Assembly (NCBI GenBank): GCA_002454955.1
Contig: DKJY01000130.1
Coordinates: forward strand, 13,769-77,768
From: Bacteroidales bacterium UBA6680
GTDB taxonomy: Bacteria > Bacteroidota > Bacteroidia > Bacteroidales > UBA6680
Direction: 5' to 3'
DNA: 64,000 nt
This document shows positions 19,277 to 30,800 of the stretch, piece by piece (positions within the stretch are counted from its first letter, which is position 1; each line of letters opens with the position of its first letter). The notes under the pieces are model-generated. The model worked only from the letters and a program-made list of their open reading frames with translations. It ran no database searches and was not told where the DNA came from. The position numbers and the translations under genes were made by a program.

Positions 19277-21325
19277 TTATATCAAGTCAATACTACGTTT
19301 AATAAACTTATTCAATTCCTCCCCTTTAAGCATGTTATTAGATAGTAAAGCAAGATCAATAACCTGTTTTACAAGCTTACTATCTTTTGAGAAATCTTTT
19401 AGTATACCATCCTGTTTCTGCTTTAACTCATCAATTTTACCATTAAGTTCGCTAAGTCTGTCTTTATCTACCTGAGGTATTTCATCATCTTTCTTATCTT
19501 TATTTATCGACTCGATATCAGATTTAGTTGCCTCAATTGGTTTTATCTTATCATCATATTTCTTAGCTTCTTCTCCTGCAGATTTGTCAAGATCTGTAGC
19601 AATTCTTGAAACCAATGGGTGGTTTGTATTAACTACAATATTATAACTATCTGGCATCTCACCATAGAAGTTCATTCCACCGCCGCCGCCCATAGCAGCC
19701 ATCTCTTTCATACGTCTCATAAACTCAGCCTGAGTTATAAGAACAGGTGCATCTGTTTCTGAAAGGTTCTCAAACGCAACAGAGTAGTTTGCATTTTCAG
19801 GAAGTATTGCCTCAAATACGGGCTTCAGGTATCGTTTCTGATCATCAGATAATAGTGATTCTGTTACAACATCCTTCTCAATAAGTTTATCTACAATATC
19901 AGAATCGACTCTCACAAAACGGCTCTCCTTAAACTCTTGCTCAAGATGATTTACAAAGTGTGAATCTAAATGACCATCAAGCATAAGTACATCATACCCT
20001 TTATTCTTAGCTGCCTCAATATATGTAAACTGCTCCTCTATATCAGTAGCATACAGATATATTAGTGTATTATTCTTATCTGTTTGATTCTCTTTTATCA
20101 GAGTTTGATACTCCTCAAAAGTAAAGTATTTTGAATCGGTGTTTTTAAGAAGAGTGAATTTTGTAGCACGCTCATTAAATTTCTTCTCCGACAACATACC
20201 GTATTTAATAAACAAACTTAAATCATCCCATTTCTCTTCAAACTGTTTTCTATCCTCTTTAAATATCTCAAATAGTCTATCTGCTACTTTCTTTGTTATA
20301 TGATTAGAGATTTTCTTAACATTAGAGTCGCTCTGAAGATAACTTCTAGATACATTTAATGGTATATCTGGTGAATCAATTACACCATGAAGTAGTGTAA
20401 GGAATTCTGGTACGATACCCTCTACTGAATCTGTTACAAAAACCTGATTACAGAATAACTGAATCTTATTTTTCTGTACCTCTATATTGTTCTTAATCTT
20501 TGGAAAATACAGAACTCCAGTAAGGTTAAATGGATAATCAACATTCAGGTGAATCCAGAATAGTGGTTCATCAGACATTGGATATAGTGTTCTATAGAAT
20601 GTCTTATAATCCTCATCTGTTAAATCTGATGGCTTTCTTACCCATATAGGATTTGTATCATTAATTACCTTATCCTTGTCAAGTTCTACCTCTTTACCGT
20701 CTTTCCATTCTTTCTCTTTCCCAAATACAACCTCAACTGGCAGAAACTTACAGTATTTATTTAGAAGTTCATTAATTTTGCTCTCCTCTAAGAACTCCTT
20801 TGATTCATCATCAATATAAAGAACAATATCTGTACCTCTCTCTGTCTTATCTATATCCTCAATTGAGTATTCCGGCGTACCGTCACAACTCCACTTTACA
20901 GCATTTGCCCCCTCTTTATGAGAAAGAGTTCTTATCTCAACCTTTTCTGAAACCATAAAAGATGAGTAGAAACCCAATCCAAAATGTCCTATAATAGATG
21001 TCTTATCTTTGTACTTTTCAAGAAACTCTTCTGCTCCAGAGAAAGCAATCTGATTAATATATTTTTCAATCTCATCGGCACTCATACCAATACCGCTATC
21101 TGATACAGTAAGTGTTCCTTTATCTTTATCAATACTTACCTTTACTTTAAGCTCTCCTAGTTCACCTTTAAACTCGCCAACAGACGAAAGAGCTTTAAGT
21201 TTCTGTGTAGCATCAATAGCATTTGATATCAATTCACGCAGGAATATTTCATGATCTGAGTAAAGAAATTTCTTGATAATAGGGAATATGTTCTCCGTAG
21301 TAACACCTATCTTTCCATTCTTCAT
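19277..21325 (-). CDS. htpG: Molecular chaperone HtpG (Hsp90)
   Basis: It carries LYSDHEIFLRELISNAIDA, GHFGLGFYS and the length and architecture typical of HtpG. Confidence 0.97.
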   Translation of the reverse strand: MKNGKIGVTTENIFPIIKKFLYSDHEIFLRELISNAIDATQKLKALSSVGEFKGELGELKVKVSIDKDKGTLTVSDSGIGMSADEIEKYINQIAFSGAEEFLEKYKDKTSIIGHFGLGFYSSFMVSEKVEIRTLSHKEGANAVKWSCDGTPEYSIEDIDKTERGTDIVLYIDDESKEFLEESKINELLNKYCKFLPVEVVFGKEKEWKDGKEVELDKDKVINDTNPIWVRKPSDLTDEDYKTFYRTLYPMSDEPLFWIHLNVDYPFNLTGVLYFPKIKNNIEVQKNKIQLFCNQVFVTDSVEGIVPEFLTLLHGVIDSPDIPLNVSRSYLQSDSNVKKISNHITKKVADRLFEIFKEDRKQFEEKWDDLSLFIKYGMLSEKKFNERATKFTLLKNTDSKYFTFEEYQTLIKENQTDKNNTLIYLYATDIEEQFTYIEAAKNKGYDVLMLDGHLDSHFVNHLEQEFKESRFVRVDSDIVDKLIEKDVVTESLLSDDQKRYLKPVFEAILPENANYSVAFENLSETDAPVLITQAEFMRRMKEMAAMGGGGGMNFYGEMPDSYNIVVNTNHPLVSRIATDLDKSAGEEAKKYDDKIKPIEATKSDIESINKDKKDDEIPQVDKDRLSELNGKIDELKQKQDGILKDFSKDSKLVKQVIDLALLSNNMLKGEELNKFIKRSIDLI

Positions 21326-21446
21326 GATTGATTATATTTTTATGTTAATAATTATCGTTATCTGAGGACTTGTAGTACCAAACCACGTGCCAGTATATAG
21401 ATACTGCCAAAAAGACATAATAAGATTACAAAAATATATCAATAAT

Positions 21447-21986
21447 TCAATAGAAGACAAATATATGTGGTGCTATAATAAGTAAAATAATAATAGCCAA
21501 AATGGCAGCTGATACATAATATATAAGTGCCCAAAATGACATCATTGCACTTCGGCGCCTACGGATATACTGATATTTACTGAAAAGATTATCAACGGTG
21601 GTTTTTATCTGCAGGATTATACGATTACCTTTCTTTATTGTATGTTTGGCACCAAGGCGTTTCGCTAATGCCAGTTCCTCTTCACTCTGATCATCATACA
21701 ACATTACAACATCTATTCTCGGGGCATATCTATCAACCAGTTCCATTACTTCAAGTCCATTCATAACAGCATTACCCTCATCCTCATTAAATGTAAAACC
21801 CAAAAAAAGAATAGCAAAATCTCTCTTGTTGTATATCTCAGAAGTAATATACGCAACAAATCTCTCCCCCGAATTAAAAAAGAATATATCAAAACTCTCA
21901 TCGTCAATGAACGACTCCTGAATACCCTTAACAAAGGTGTCATCACTCTCTACAAAAAAGACTGGTATCTTCTTTCTTAATCTCAT
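21447..21986 (-). CDS. Membrane-anchored receiver-like (pseudo-receiver) protein
   Basis: It shows a CheY-like alternation of hydrophobic strands and helices, but no Asp at the expected phospho-acceptor strand (AILFLGFTF). The C-terminal TM helix is ALIYYVSAAILAIIILLIIAPHIFVF. Confidence 0.5.
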   Translation of the reverse strand: MRLRKKIPVFFVESDDTFVKGIQESFIDDESFDIFFFNSGERFVAYITSEIYNKRDFAILFLGFTFNEDEGNAVMNGLEVMELVDRYAPRIDVVMLYDDQSEEELALAKRLGAKHTIKKGNRIILQIKTTVDNLFSKYQYIRRRRSAMMSFWALIYYVSAAILAIIILLIIAPHIFVFY

Positions 21987-22055
21987 GAAATAAAGATAAA
22001 AAAAGAGGTGTTAGAAATCAATGCCTTAACACCTCTTTTTTATGGGTATTTATAA

Positions 22056-23996
22056 TTATAAAAAACTATAATTTTCAGAATATTCAATCATCTGATCAAT
22101 ATATGATGTACATGGCTCTATTAAAACATCAACAACTATGTCATCTTTCAATACAGGTATCAGTTTTGGGTTAACAAAACCACTATATGGTGCTATATTT
22201 AATAATCTAAATCTTTCTAAAACCTCTTTATGCAAATCATAATCTATCTTTATTCCATAATTCTCTACAAGATATTTTGCTCCATCATAATCTCCTTCAG
22301 ACTTGATTCTTTGTATCTCTCTAAGTAGTTCGGCAAAAAGATCTCTAAGTTTTTCATAATCGTTAACAACAAAATAAGTTTTTGTATTACGTACCTTTCG
22401 CTCTATTACGTTATCCTTTAAACCTTTTTCATAACACCATTTAGATATAAGCTGTCTGTTTCTCATATGAGCTTGCTCAATATCCTTTCCTAACTCTATT
22501 CTTCCTAACTGCGTAACCAGTCCGTTTCTTATATAATTTGAATATTCACATTTGGCAGCATCTATTGAGTCAAATAATTCCAGATCTATCATTTTCTGAT
22601 CATAGATATAATAAAGAGCAAAAAGATCAGCTCTGGCCTCCTCAATAGGTGAATAGTAGTTCTTCAACATCTCAGTTGTAACCCCATCATTTATCTTTCC
22701 GGAACCATGCCCTAAACATTCGTGCAAATCGGTATGCATATTTCCTGCAATAAATCCATACTTCTCATTAAGTTCTATCTCATACTCTGAGAATGCAAAT
22801 TCTCTAAGAAATCCATTGTTTAAAGACTCTTTATGATATGCTTTTGTAATATTCTCTATTGTAACAGATTTACTTCCATATTCCTCTCTAATCCACTCGG
22901 CATTAGGCAAGTTTATCCCAATAGGTGTTGCAGGATAACAGTCTCCTCCAAGTGTAACAACATCAATTACCTTAGCTGACACACCTGTTACCTTCTCCCT
23001 TTTAAAATTTTTATCAACTGGCGAGTTATTTTCAAACCACTGGGCATTTTCTGATATAATCTCAGTACGTTTGGTTGCATCAATGTTTTTGATATTAACT
23101 ATTGCTTCCCAACTAGCTTTTATTCCAAGTGGATCTCCATATATTTCAATAAATCCATTTACAGAATCAACCTCAGATTTTTTATCATTAAGCCACGCTA
23201 TACTATAATTATCAAATATATCAAGATTTCCATTGGTATAGTACTCAATAAGTAACTGTAACCATCTATTTTGCTCATTATTCTCTGTATGATCAAGTGC
23301 TTTTTTCAACCAAAATACTATCTGCTCAATGGCTTTACCGTACATTCCGTTTAAGCACCATACATCCTCATATATTTGGTCGGAATCTTTTCTAAGTTGA
23401 GAATTTAATCCAACAGATTTTTTTGTATCAGAACGATCTCTGAGATCTTGGTAAAATTTTTCTGCTTCTTGTGTTGATACACCGCTATAAAAATTATTCG
23501 ATGAATCTGCTACAAGATCCCCTTCAGCATTTTGTGATACTCTCTTACTATAAATAGTAGTATCAAACATAACATTAACCAGATCCCTTTTAATAAAAGT
23601 CAATCCTCTATTGCTAATTAGTTTTATATCCTCAGTCGAAAGTTTTTCTATTCTCGACAATAAATAATCTTTACTGAATTCAGGGATAAGTTTCTCAGTA
23701 GAATAGTGATGGTGTATACCATTTGAAAACAGGACCCTCTTAAAGTAGTCAACAAATCGTCTATCTTCAATATCTAAATAGTTATCATCAATAGTTGTAT
23801 ATATACTCTCTAATAATCTTCTTATCTCAAGATTATATTTAAAGTTCTGATCCCAAAGAATATCTCTTCCGCAAAGAGCCGCCTGGCTAAGACAGTATAT
23901 TAGTATTTTTTTTTCTTCAGTGAGTTTATCAAATAATTCACATTCATATGATAATATCTTTATATCGTAAAATCTGTCCAGAATTATACCATCCAT
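22056..23996 (-). CDS. Peptidase family M49 (dipeptidyl-peptidase III-like) protein
   Basis: The zinc motifs are HECLGHGSG (HExxGH) and EEARADL (EExxAE-like), with the spacing expected for M49. Confidence 0.8.
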   Translation of the reverse strand: MDGIILDRFYDIKILSYECELFDKLTEEKKILIYCLSQAALCGRDILWDQNFKYNLEIRRLLESIYTTIDDNYLDIEDRRFVDYFKRVLFSNGIHHHYSTEKLIPEFSKDYLLSRIEKLSTEDIKLISNRGLTFIKRDLVNVMFDTTIYSKRVSQNAEGDLVADSSNNFYSGVSTQEAEKFYQDLRDRSDTKKSVGLNSQLRKDSDQIYEDVWCLNGMYGKAIEQIVFWLKKALDHTENNEQNRWLQLLIEYYTNGNLDIFDNYSIAWLNDKKSEVDSVNGFIEIYGDPLGIKASWEAIVNIKNIDATKRTEIISENAQWFENNSPVDKNFKREKVTGVSAKVIDVVTLGGDCYPATPIGINLPNAEWIREEYGSKSVTIENITKAYHKESLNNGFLREFAFSEYEIELNEKYGFIAGNMHTDLHECLGHGSGKINDGVTTEMLKNYYSPIEEARADLFALYYIYDQKMIDLELFDSIDAAKCEYSNYIRNGLVTQLGRIELGKDIEQAHMRNRQLISKWCYEKGLKDNVIERKVRNTKTYFVVNDYEKLRDLFAELLREIQRIKSEGDYDGAKYLVENYGIKIDYDLHKEVLERFRLLNIAPYSGFVNPKLIPVLKDDIVVDVLIEPCTSYIDQMIEYSENYSFL

Positions 23997-24070
23997 AATA
24001 ATTATTAATTAGAATTAAAAAAAAGCGCAATCACTAATGTAAATGCGCTCTATTCTTATTTATATATCAG

Positions 24071-24931
24071 TTAACCCTTTCTTCTCCTAGTTCTTCTTCT
24101 GCTCTGTTTTTTATAATGGGCTTTAGCATTTCTAAGATCAACATTACTCTTAAAATTCCATCCACTACGTTTAAACCTGAACGCATCGTATGTCATATCT
24201 GGAATCATAAATTCGGCAGCTCCATTTTTATACTCACTCTCTGATGAAAGATGATCAAATATTATACGATCTTCCCTCTTTTCATACTTAAGCATAAAAG
24301 AGACCTTTTCAGAGTATTCAAATAAGACACGATACGCCTTTTTCTTTTTATTAATAAACACAGGTGCACCAAACACTAAACCTCTACGGTTATCAAAAAA
24401 AGCTACATCAATCACCTTAAGATTGGTGCTTATACCTCTAGGATTAACTCCCAACAAAGTATAATAGGTTCTTTTACCAATCTTCTTACCGATGATCGAA
24501 TAATACAAAGCTCCAAACCAATTATTTGCTCTTAGTGTCTGTCTTATCAACCTTCTACCAAAATAAGAGCCTTGTATTAATCTATTTACTACAGTATCGC
24601 CATCCTCTTTTATATACCTGTATACACCAGAAACAACACTTCTCTTGTTGCTCAACATTGTATTCCAGGTAAGAATTACAACTCTGCCATCTTCTGATTC
24701 AACCTTAGCTATTCTGTTAAGTTTACCCGTATTAAAAACCGGTGTTTCACTCTTAAGATCATTCTCTAACTCAAAGTAGAGTCTACCGTTAATATCAAAT
24801 TTTATACTATCTGCTATATTCTGATACAAACTGTATGTTAATTTATTTACGGTATCAACATCAGTTGTTTTACCATAAATAGTATAACTACACAATACAA
24901 AAACAGATAGCAATAGTAAAGCTCTCCTCAT
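24071..24931 (-). CDS. Secreted protein of unknown function with a highly basic C-terminal tail
   Basis: The signal peptide is MRRALLLLSVFVLCSYTIYG and the tail is KKQSRRRTRRRKG. No family was recognised. Confidence 0.55.
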   Translation of the reverse strand: MRRALLLLSVFVLCSYTIYGKTTDVDTVNKLTYSLYQNIADSIKFDINGRLYFELENDLKSETPVFNTGKLNRIAKVESEDGRVVILTWNTMLSNKRSVVSGVYRYIKEDGDTVVNRLIQGSYFGRRLIRQTLRANNWFGALYYSIIGKKIGKRTYYTLLGVNPRGISTNLKVIDVAFFDNRRGLVFGAPVFINKKKKAYRVLFEYSEKVSFMLKYEKREDRIIFDHLSSESEYKNGAAEFMIPDMTYDAFRFKRSGWNFKSNVDLRNAKAHYKKQSRRRTRRRKG

Positions 24932-24958
24932 ACGAATAAATTTTTATCGCAAAGATAA

Positions 24959-25660
24959 TTATCTATTCATTAAATTGAGGTCTCCTAAAAGATTATCTCT
25001 ATAAGACTTACCTATAGGTAGTACTTTTCTTCCTGTTTTATGGTTTATTACAACCGAATTATCCTCAATGCTATTAATCTTTGAGATATTAACTATAAAA
25101 GATCGGTGAATACGTTTAAACATATTCAAAGGTAGTTGTTTCTCTATAGACTTCATTGTAAAGTGAATAGTATACTTTTCATCAAAAGTATTAATTACAA
25201 CATAGTTCTCAAGAGCCTCAACCCAAAGAATCTCCTCATAAGATAACCTTACAAGTGCTGAATTCTTCTTAATAAATATCTCTTTCTTATTATCTGATTC
25301 AACCTTATTCAACCTTTTAAAAGCCTTTTCTGCAGCTTTAAAGAATCTACCATAAGTAACTGGTTTCAACAGATAATCTGTTACATCATACTCAAACGCA
25401 TCTAATGCATACTTCTCTTGTGCTGAAACAATTATCACCTGAGGAGTGCTCTTAAATGAGTTAAGAAAATCTATTCCTGTCATCTCTGGCATCTCAATAT
25501 CCAAAAATATCAAATCAATTTTCTCTTCGTTTGTAACAGTATTCAATGCTTCAATAGCATTAGAAAACGAGTGCGTTAACTTTAAAAAATCTGTTCTCTC
25601 TACAAAAGATTCAATTATCTTTCTTGATAATTGATCGTCATCAATTATTATACAATTCAT
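24959..25660 (-). CDS. LytR/AlgR-family response regulator (receiver plus LytTR), no adjacent kinase
   Basis: The motifs are CIIIDDDQLSRK, LIFLDIEMPEMTG, LLKPV and the LytTR-like FKRIHRSFIVNISKI. Confidence 0.9.
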   Translation of the reverse strand: MNCIIIDDDQLSRKIIESFVERTDFLKLTHSFSNAIEALNTVTNEEKIDLIFLDIEMPEMTGIDFLNSFKSTPQVIIVSAQEKYALDAFEYDVTDYLLKPVTYGRFFKAAEKAFKRLNKVESDNKKEIFIKKNSALVRLSYEEILWVEALENYVVINTFDEKYTIHFTMKSIEKQLPLNMFKRIHRSFIVNISKINSIEDNSVVINHKTGRKVLPIGKSYRDNLLGDLNLMNR

Positions 25661-25727
25661 AATAGAAGGCTTTATGCTCTAATTTTGCAATAAGTTACAA
25701 AATTATGACAAATATCTCCAAAAGTTA

Positions 25728-26402
25728 TTACTTATCATTAGTAAATTTTTCAATAATTTTTTCAGAACCCTTTATAGATCGGCTATACCACTGAAACAGA
25801 ACATTATCTTTTTCTATTTCAGATAAAGGCCAATTAACTTTTGAGCTCCTCATTACCATCGTAAGATGATGAAGTATAATTGCAACAGATACCGATATAT
25901 TAAAACTTTCAGTAAATCCATACATCGGAATTGTCATAAATTCATCTGCATTCTCCTCTACAACAGAGGATATACCAGTAAGTTCAGTTCCAAAAACAAT
26001 AGCCGTTTTCCCTTTGGTAATATCAAATTCATTTAATTTAATATTTCCTGGTTTTGGCGATGTTGCAACAATTCTATACCCTTCAGCTTTAAGTTTGTTA
26101 ATTGCATCAAGAGTATTTGAACTATTTTCATCATTATATCTGCTCAAACTTAACCACTTTGAAGCACCCATATCAATTTCTGAGTTAACCATAAACTCAT
26201 TTCTATTCTCAATAGTGTGCACATTTTGTACTCCAAAACAATCACACGACCTTAATACTGCACTTGCATTATGACCTTGAAAAATATCTTCGAGCACAAC
26301 AGTTATATAATTTGTCCGCTCTTTAATATTCTTTTGAAAAAGATTAAACCTATTCTCAGTCATAAATCCTCTCAAATGCTCATTAATTCTCTTTATGTTC
26401 AT
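25728..26402 (-). CDS. SpoU/TrmH-family RNA 2'-O-methyltransferase
   Basis: SPOUT motifs are present: NASAVLRSCDCFG, IVFGTELTGIS, IPMYGFTESFNISVSVAI. The ORF track extends to a TTG at 26411, and the ATG at 26402 (MNIKRINEH) is preferred. Confidence 0.85.
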   Translation of the reverse strand: MNIKRINEHLRGFMTENRFNLFQKNIKERTNYITVVLEDIFQGHNASAVLRSCDCFGVQNVHTIENRNEFMVNSEIDMGASKWLSLSRYNDENSSNTLDAINKLKAEGYRIVATSPKPGNIKLNEFDITKGKTAIVFGTELTGISSVVEENADEFMTIPMYGFTESFNISVSVAIILHHLTMVMRSSKVNWPLSEIEKDNVLFQWYSRSIKGSEKIIEKFTNDK

Positions 26403-26462
26403 ATATATCAAAAAAAAGGAGACCTAAATTCAGATCTCCTGTAATAACTTCTCAGGTGGTAA

Positions 26463-26735
26463 TTAATTTACTGCATCACCAAGCTCGCTACCAGGCTTAA
26501 ACTTAACAACCTTTTTTGCCCCTATAGTTATAGGCTTACCTGTTTGTGGGTTACGTCCAGTTCTCGCGCTTCTCTCTGATACAGAGAATGATCCAAATCC
26601 TACCAATGCAATACGATCACCTTTTTTAAGTACCTCACTTGTTGTTTTAATAAAAGCATCTAAAGCTTTTTTTGCATCTGCTTTAGAGATTTTAGCTTCT
26701 GAAGCCATAGCATCAATTAATTGAGCCTTGTTCAT
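26463..26735 (-). CDS. hup: HU-family DNA-binding protein
   Basis: [11 protein letters not shown]...[37 protein letters not shown] is a canonical HU sequence. The true start is the ATG at 26735; the track ORF is extended upstream. Confidence 0.95.
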   Translation of the reverse strand: MNKAQLIDAMASEAKISKADAKKALDAFIKTTSEVLKKGDRIALVGFGSFSVSERSARTGRNPQTGKPITIGAKKVVKFKPGSELGDAVN

Positions 26736-26780
26736 AATAAAAATAATTTTTAGGGTTAGTAATTCTCTATTATCTATACG

Positions 26781-26810
26781 CAAATATAAAGGTTTTATGC
26801 ACTATACCAA
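26781..26810 (-). promoter_or_regulatory. Canonical Bacteroidota sigma-A promoter for the HU gene (TTG-N19-TATATTTG)
   Basis: On the minus strand, TTG (complement of 26808-26810) is followed by exactly 19 nt and then TATATTTG (complement of 26781-26788). This matches the published -33 TTG / -7 TAnnTTTG consensus and lies about 45 nt upstream of the ATG. Confidence 0.6.
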
Positions 26811-27161
26811 GGATTAGAACACTTTTTTTGAAAAAAAATTACTTTTTCTTTGGATTTTTAAACCAAAACATAAAACCAACTTATATAGGATAATAGCTCC
26901 ATCTCAATGTTATATATTCATTTTTTATACTTAAATAAAACAGATGCGCATTACAATAACAAAATGCATACTTTACGGTTAAATATACAACAAACTAACT
27001 ATCAATTTATTACATTACAAAAACAGATCATTCATCAACATTTTAGTATACTTTTTTCAAAAAAAATTGATTAAAAACATTTTTTGTTATAAATTGTGCT
27101 ATCTGTTTAGATCAGATTTTTAATTCGGCAACAACATATATTATATAGAAAAGATTGCCAT

Positions 27162-27743
27162 TTGCATGAAAGAAACGATTATAAAGTAATACATAAACAC
27201 ACTAAAACTATGCTTTACAAATTAGCTTTAAAGAACTCAAAAAAGACAGTTCTTATTGATGAGGAGAGTTACCTTTATCTTACAAAGAATACCTATCTTA
27301 AACAGATAGATTTTCTTTCTAACCTCAGAATTCATTCACACGGTTATGCATTTTTCCAAAAAAATTGGCCACTTAAAAATGGTATGTATAAAAACGAGAC
27401 CATTTACCTTCATAAATTATTGGCCGAAAAGTTTATTGAAAAACCAGAAAGTGACAAGAGGTTGATGGTAAGATTTAAGAACTCTACACCTCTTGATTGT
27501 AGATTAAAGAATCTTGAATGGTCTACATTATCAAGAGTTGTAAGAAATACAACTAAAATTAAAAATAGTACTGGATACCGAGGAGTTGTTAAACACAGCA
27601 ATAAGTATCAAGCAATCATTTATGTTGAGAGAAAACCTGTATTTATTGGTTCTTATGACACTGCTAAAGAAGCAGCAATAGCATATAATGAAAAATCAAA
27701 AGAGTTATTTGGTGAAACCAAAAGTTTAAATAAAATTCGTTGA
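27162..27743 (+). CDS. Degenerate HNH_3-like plus AP2 DNA-binding domain protein
   Basis: The AP2 signature is YRGVVKHSNKYQAIIYVERKPVFIGSYDTAKEAAIAYNEKSKELFGE. The preceding HNH_3-like block (YLHKLL...VRFKNSTPLDCRLKNLEW) lacks the catalytic His. The start is uncertain: TTG at 27162 or ATG at 27210. Confidence 0.7.
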   Translation: MHERNDYKVIHKHTKTMLYKLALKNSKKTVLIDEESYLYLTKNTYLKQIDFLSNLRIHSHGYAFFQKNWPLKNGMYKNETIYLHKLLAEKFIEKPESDKRLMVRFKNSTPLDCRLKNLEWSTLSRVVRNTTKIKNSTGYRGVVKHSNKYQAIIYVERKPVFIGSYDTAKEAAIAYNEKSKELFGETKSLNKIR

Positions 27744-27752
27744 ACCTAAAAA

Positions 27753-27783
27753 AGAGAAGAAAGCTCTGTCAGTTTTCTTCTCT
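27753..27783 (+). terminator. Terminator-like hairpin after the AP2 gene
   Basis: AGAGAAGAAA (27753-27762) pairs with TTTCTTCTCT (27774-27783), a 10-bp stem. Confidence 0.5.
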
Positions 27784-27831
27784 CTCTCTTCTCTTTTTGC
27801 TATATTGCAATCTATACTATGATTTGCTAAT

Positions 27832-30800
27832 ATGTTTAGATTCAAAAAAAATGATCCATGCTCCCAGATAATTAATCAGGCAGCTCTTGCAATTGTTGTA
27901 TATCAGCATGGTATAATAAAATACGCTAATAAAACATTCTATAATCTATTAGGAATAAATCAAAAGGATGCTGAAAATAAAAGCATTCTGGATTTTATAC
28001 ATTCCAACGATAAAAGGCAGATGTCTTTTGCTATTAACGAAATCGAAAAAGATAATAACGATAATATCTCTTCAACTACACTTACCTATAGAGTAAACAC
28101 ATCAAATAATCAATATAAATGGTTTAAATCTAACCTTGCATTTATTACCTGGAATGAATCTCCAGCAATAATAGATATTATCACAGATGCTTCAAGACAA
28201 AAAGAGATTGAAGGCATATTACTTGAAGATGAGAAAAATTACAGACAAATTTTCAACGCGCTTGACGACTATATCTTTATTCTAAACGGAGATCTCAATA
28301 TAATTCAGGCAAACTTCAGTGTATACAACGATCTGGAATACGAAGATTTTGACTTATTCAACAGTAGTTTAGAGAATATTATATCTGAAAATTTTAAAGA
28401 TCAGTTTAAAAAGTACATAAATAATTTCCCTCAATCACTTGATGAAATCATTGAGTCTGAAATAGTAACAAAAAAAGATTTAACTATTCCTGTTGAGATA
28501 CACCTATCTGATGGATACTGGGGAAATAAACCAGTATTCTTTATACGATGTATAAATCTGACTGACAAAAAGCAATCTGAGAAGCAACTGAATGCATCCA
28601 GATTAAAGTTCATTAAAGCATTTAATTCAAACCCTAATCCAATGACCATTAACGATCAGGTTAGTGGTTTATTTAAAGATATAAACAAAGCTTTTGAGAG
28701 AATCACAGGATATACAAAAGCAGAAGTTATTGGTAAAACAGCACATGAGTTAAATATAATCACAAAAGAAGATGAGAAGAAGATATTTAATCTTATTAAT
28801 GGTGAAAATAATTCTTCAAAGACAGATCTTATAATAAATAATAAATCTGGAGAAAAGATTAATGTAATTTTCTACTCTGAACGACTACACATTGAAGACT
28901 CTGCCCATACGCTAATTGCAATTGTTGACATCTCTGAAATCAAGAAAGCAGAGAAAGAGATTAAAAACAGTAAAGCCAGACAGAATGCTATTCTTGATAA
29001 TATGCCACATGAGGCATGGCTAAAAGATAGAAATGGTAATTATCTGGCTGTAAACAAAACATTTGCAAATTCAGTAAGCAAAACAATACAAAACATTATA
29101 GGAAAAAAAGATACAGATCTATATCCTATAAATGAAGCTGAAAAATACAATAAAGAAGATAAAAGAGTAATGGATAGTCAGCAAAGACAAAGGTTACTCG
29201 GATATAAAAAAGATAAAAAGCAATGGGTAGAGACATATAAAACTCCAATATTTGATCATGACAATAAACTATTGGGTACAGCCGGTATATCAAGCGATAT
29301 AACCAACACAATAAATTACGAGTTAAAACTTAAAAAGAGCCTGGGTTTTCAGCAATCTCTCACCGATATCTCGTCAAAATTAAACAGTCTAGATGAGTTT
29401 GCTGATAAAATAAATTACTCTTTAAATGCAGCTGCAACTACACTTGACCTCAACTCTATAAAGATTATAGAAAAGGATAGTAATAGCAATATTAATACCG
29501 CATTCTCCTGGACAAAGAAAATTGAGATAAAAGAGAAATGTAAAAAATTAGAGGAGATAAACGTAAATACAAAAAAGTGGAATACACTATTTAAGGATAA
29601 TGATCCTGTGTATTTTGACAACAAATGCTGTAAAAATAGAGATCCGGAAAAATATGCTGACAAATCGTGTGGTACGATCTTACACCCAATTTTTGCCGAC
29701 AACAGGTTAATTGCAATAATTGAGATTAATAAAAACGACGACTTTGACAAAGAACTTTCCGAACATGTTGACTATATAAAAACATTCGGAAACCTAATAA
29801 CATATTCATATCAAAGAAACGAAGCTGATAAAAAAATTAAGAAGAGTGAACACCGTTTCAGAGAATTTGCTGAGCTATTACCAGAAATGGTATGCGAAAC
29901 AGATATCAAAGGAAACATAACCTTTGCAAACAACTACACATACGATAATTTTGGTTACACAAAAGATGACACATTCACTCTGTTTGATCTTATCACAAAC
30001 AAAGAGGTGGCTAAAGATAGGTTCAAAGAACTTATATCCGGAAAACAGTTACCTCCTAAAGAGTACATTGCTGTAAGAAAGGATAACACAATATTTCCTA
30101 CAATAATGTATTCAAATCTGATATATTCCTCTGACAAGATAATTGGAATAAGACTAGTAATGACCAATATATCAGAACAAAAAAAGAATGAACAGGAATT
30201 AATATCAGCCAAAGAGAAAGCTGAAGCAGCCTCTTTAATTAAACAACAATTCTTATCTACAATGAGTCATGAGATAAGAACACCAATGAATGCCGTAATA
30301 GGAATGAGTCATATTCTATTGGAAGACAATCCAAAGCCAGAACAGATTGAGAATCTAAAAACATTACAATCGTCTGCTAAGAACCTGTTAATTCTTGTAA
30401 ATGATATACTTGATTTTAATAAGATAGAGACCGGGAACATAACATTGGTCGAATCAAAGTTTAGCATCAGAGAACTTGTTGATGAATTAAGAAAATCATT
30501 CAGATATGCAACTGAAGAGAAAGAGCTTGAATTCAGAATAAATGTAGATAATAGAATTACCGATACTCTAATTGGAGACAAACCAAGAATAACTCAGGTA
30601 CTTACAAATCTTATTGGTAATGCTATAAAATTCACACCTCATGGACATATTGGACTAATATTAAGATATGTAAGAGAACATGATAATACAATAGATATCG
30701 AGTTCCGTGTTGAAGATACTGGTATTGGAATAAGGAAGGATAAAATAAACCACATTTTCAAACACTTTACTCAAGAAACAAGTGATACAACAAGAAAGTA

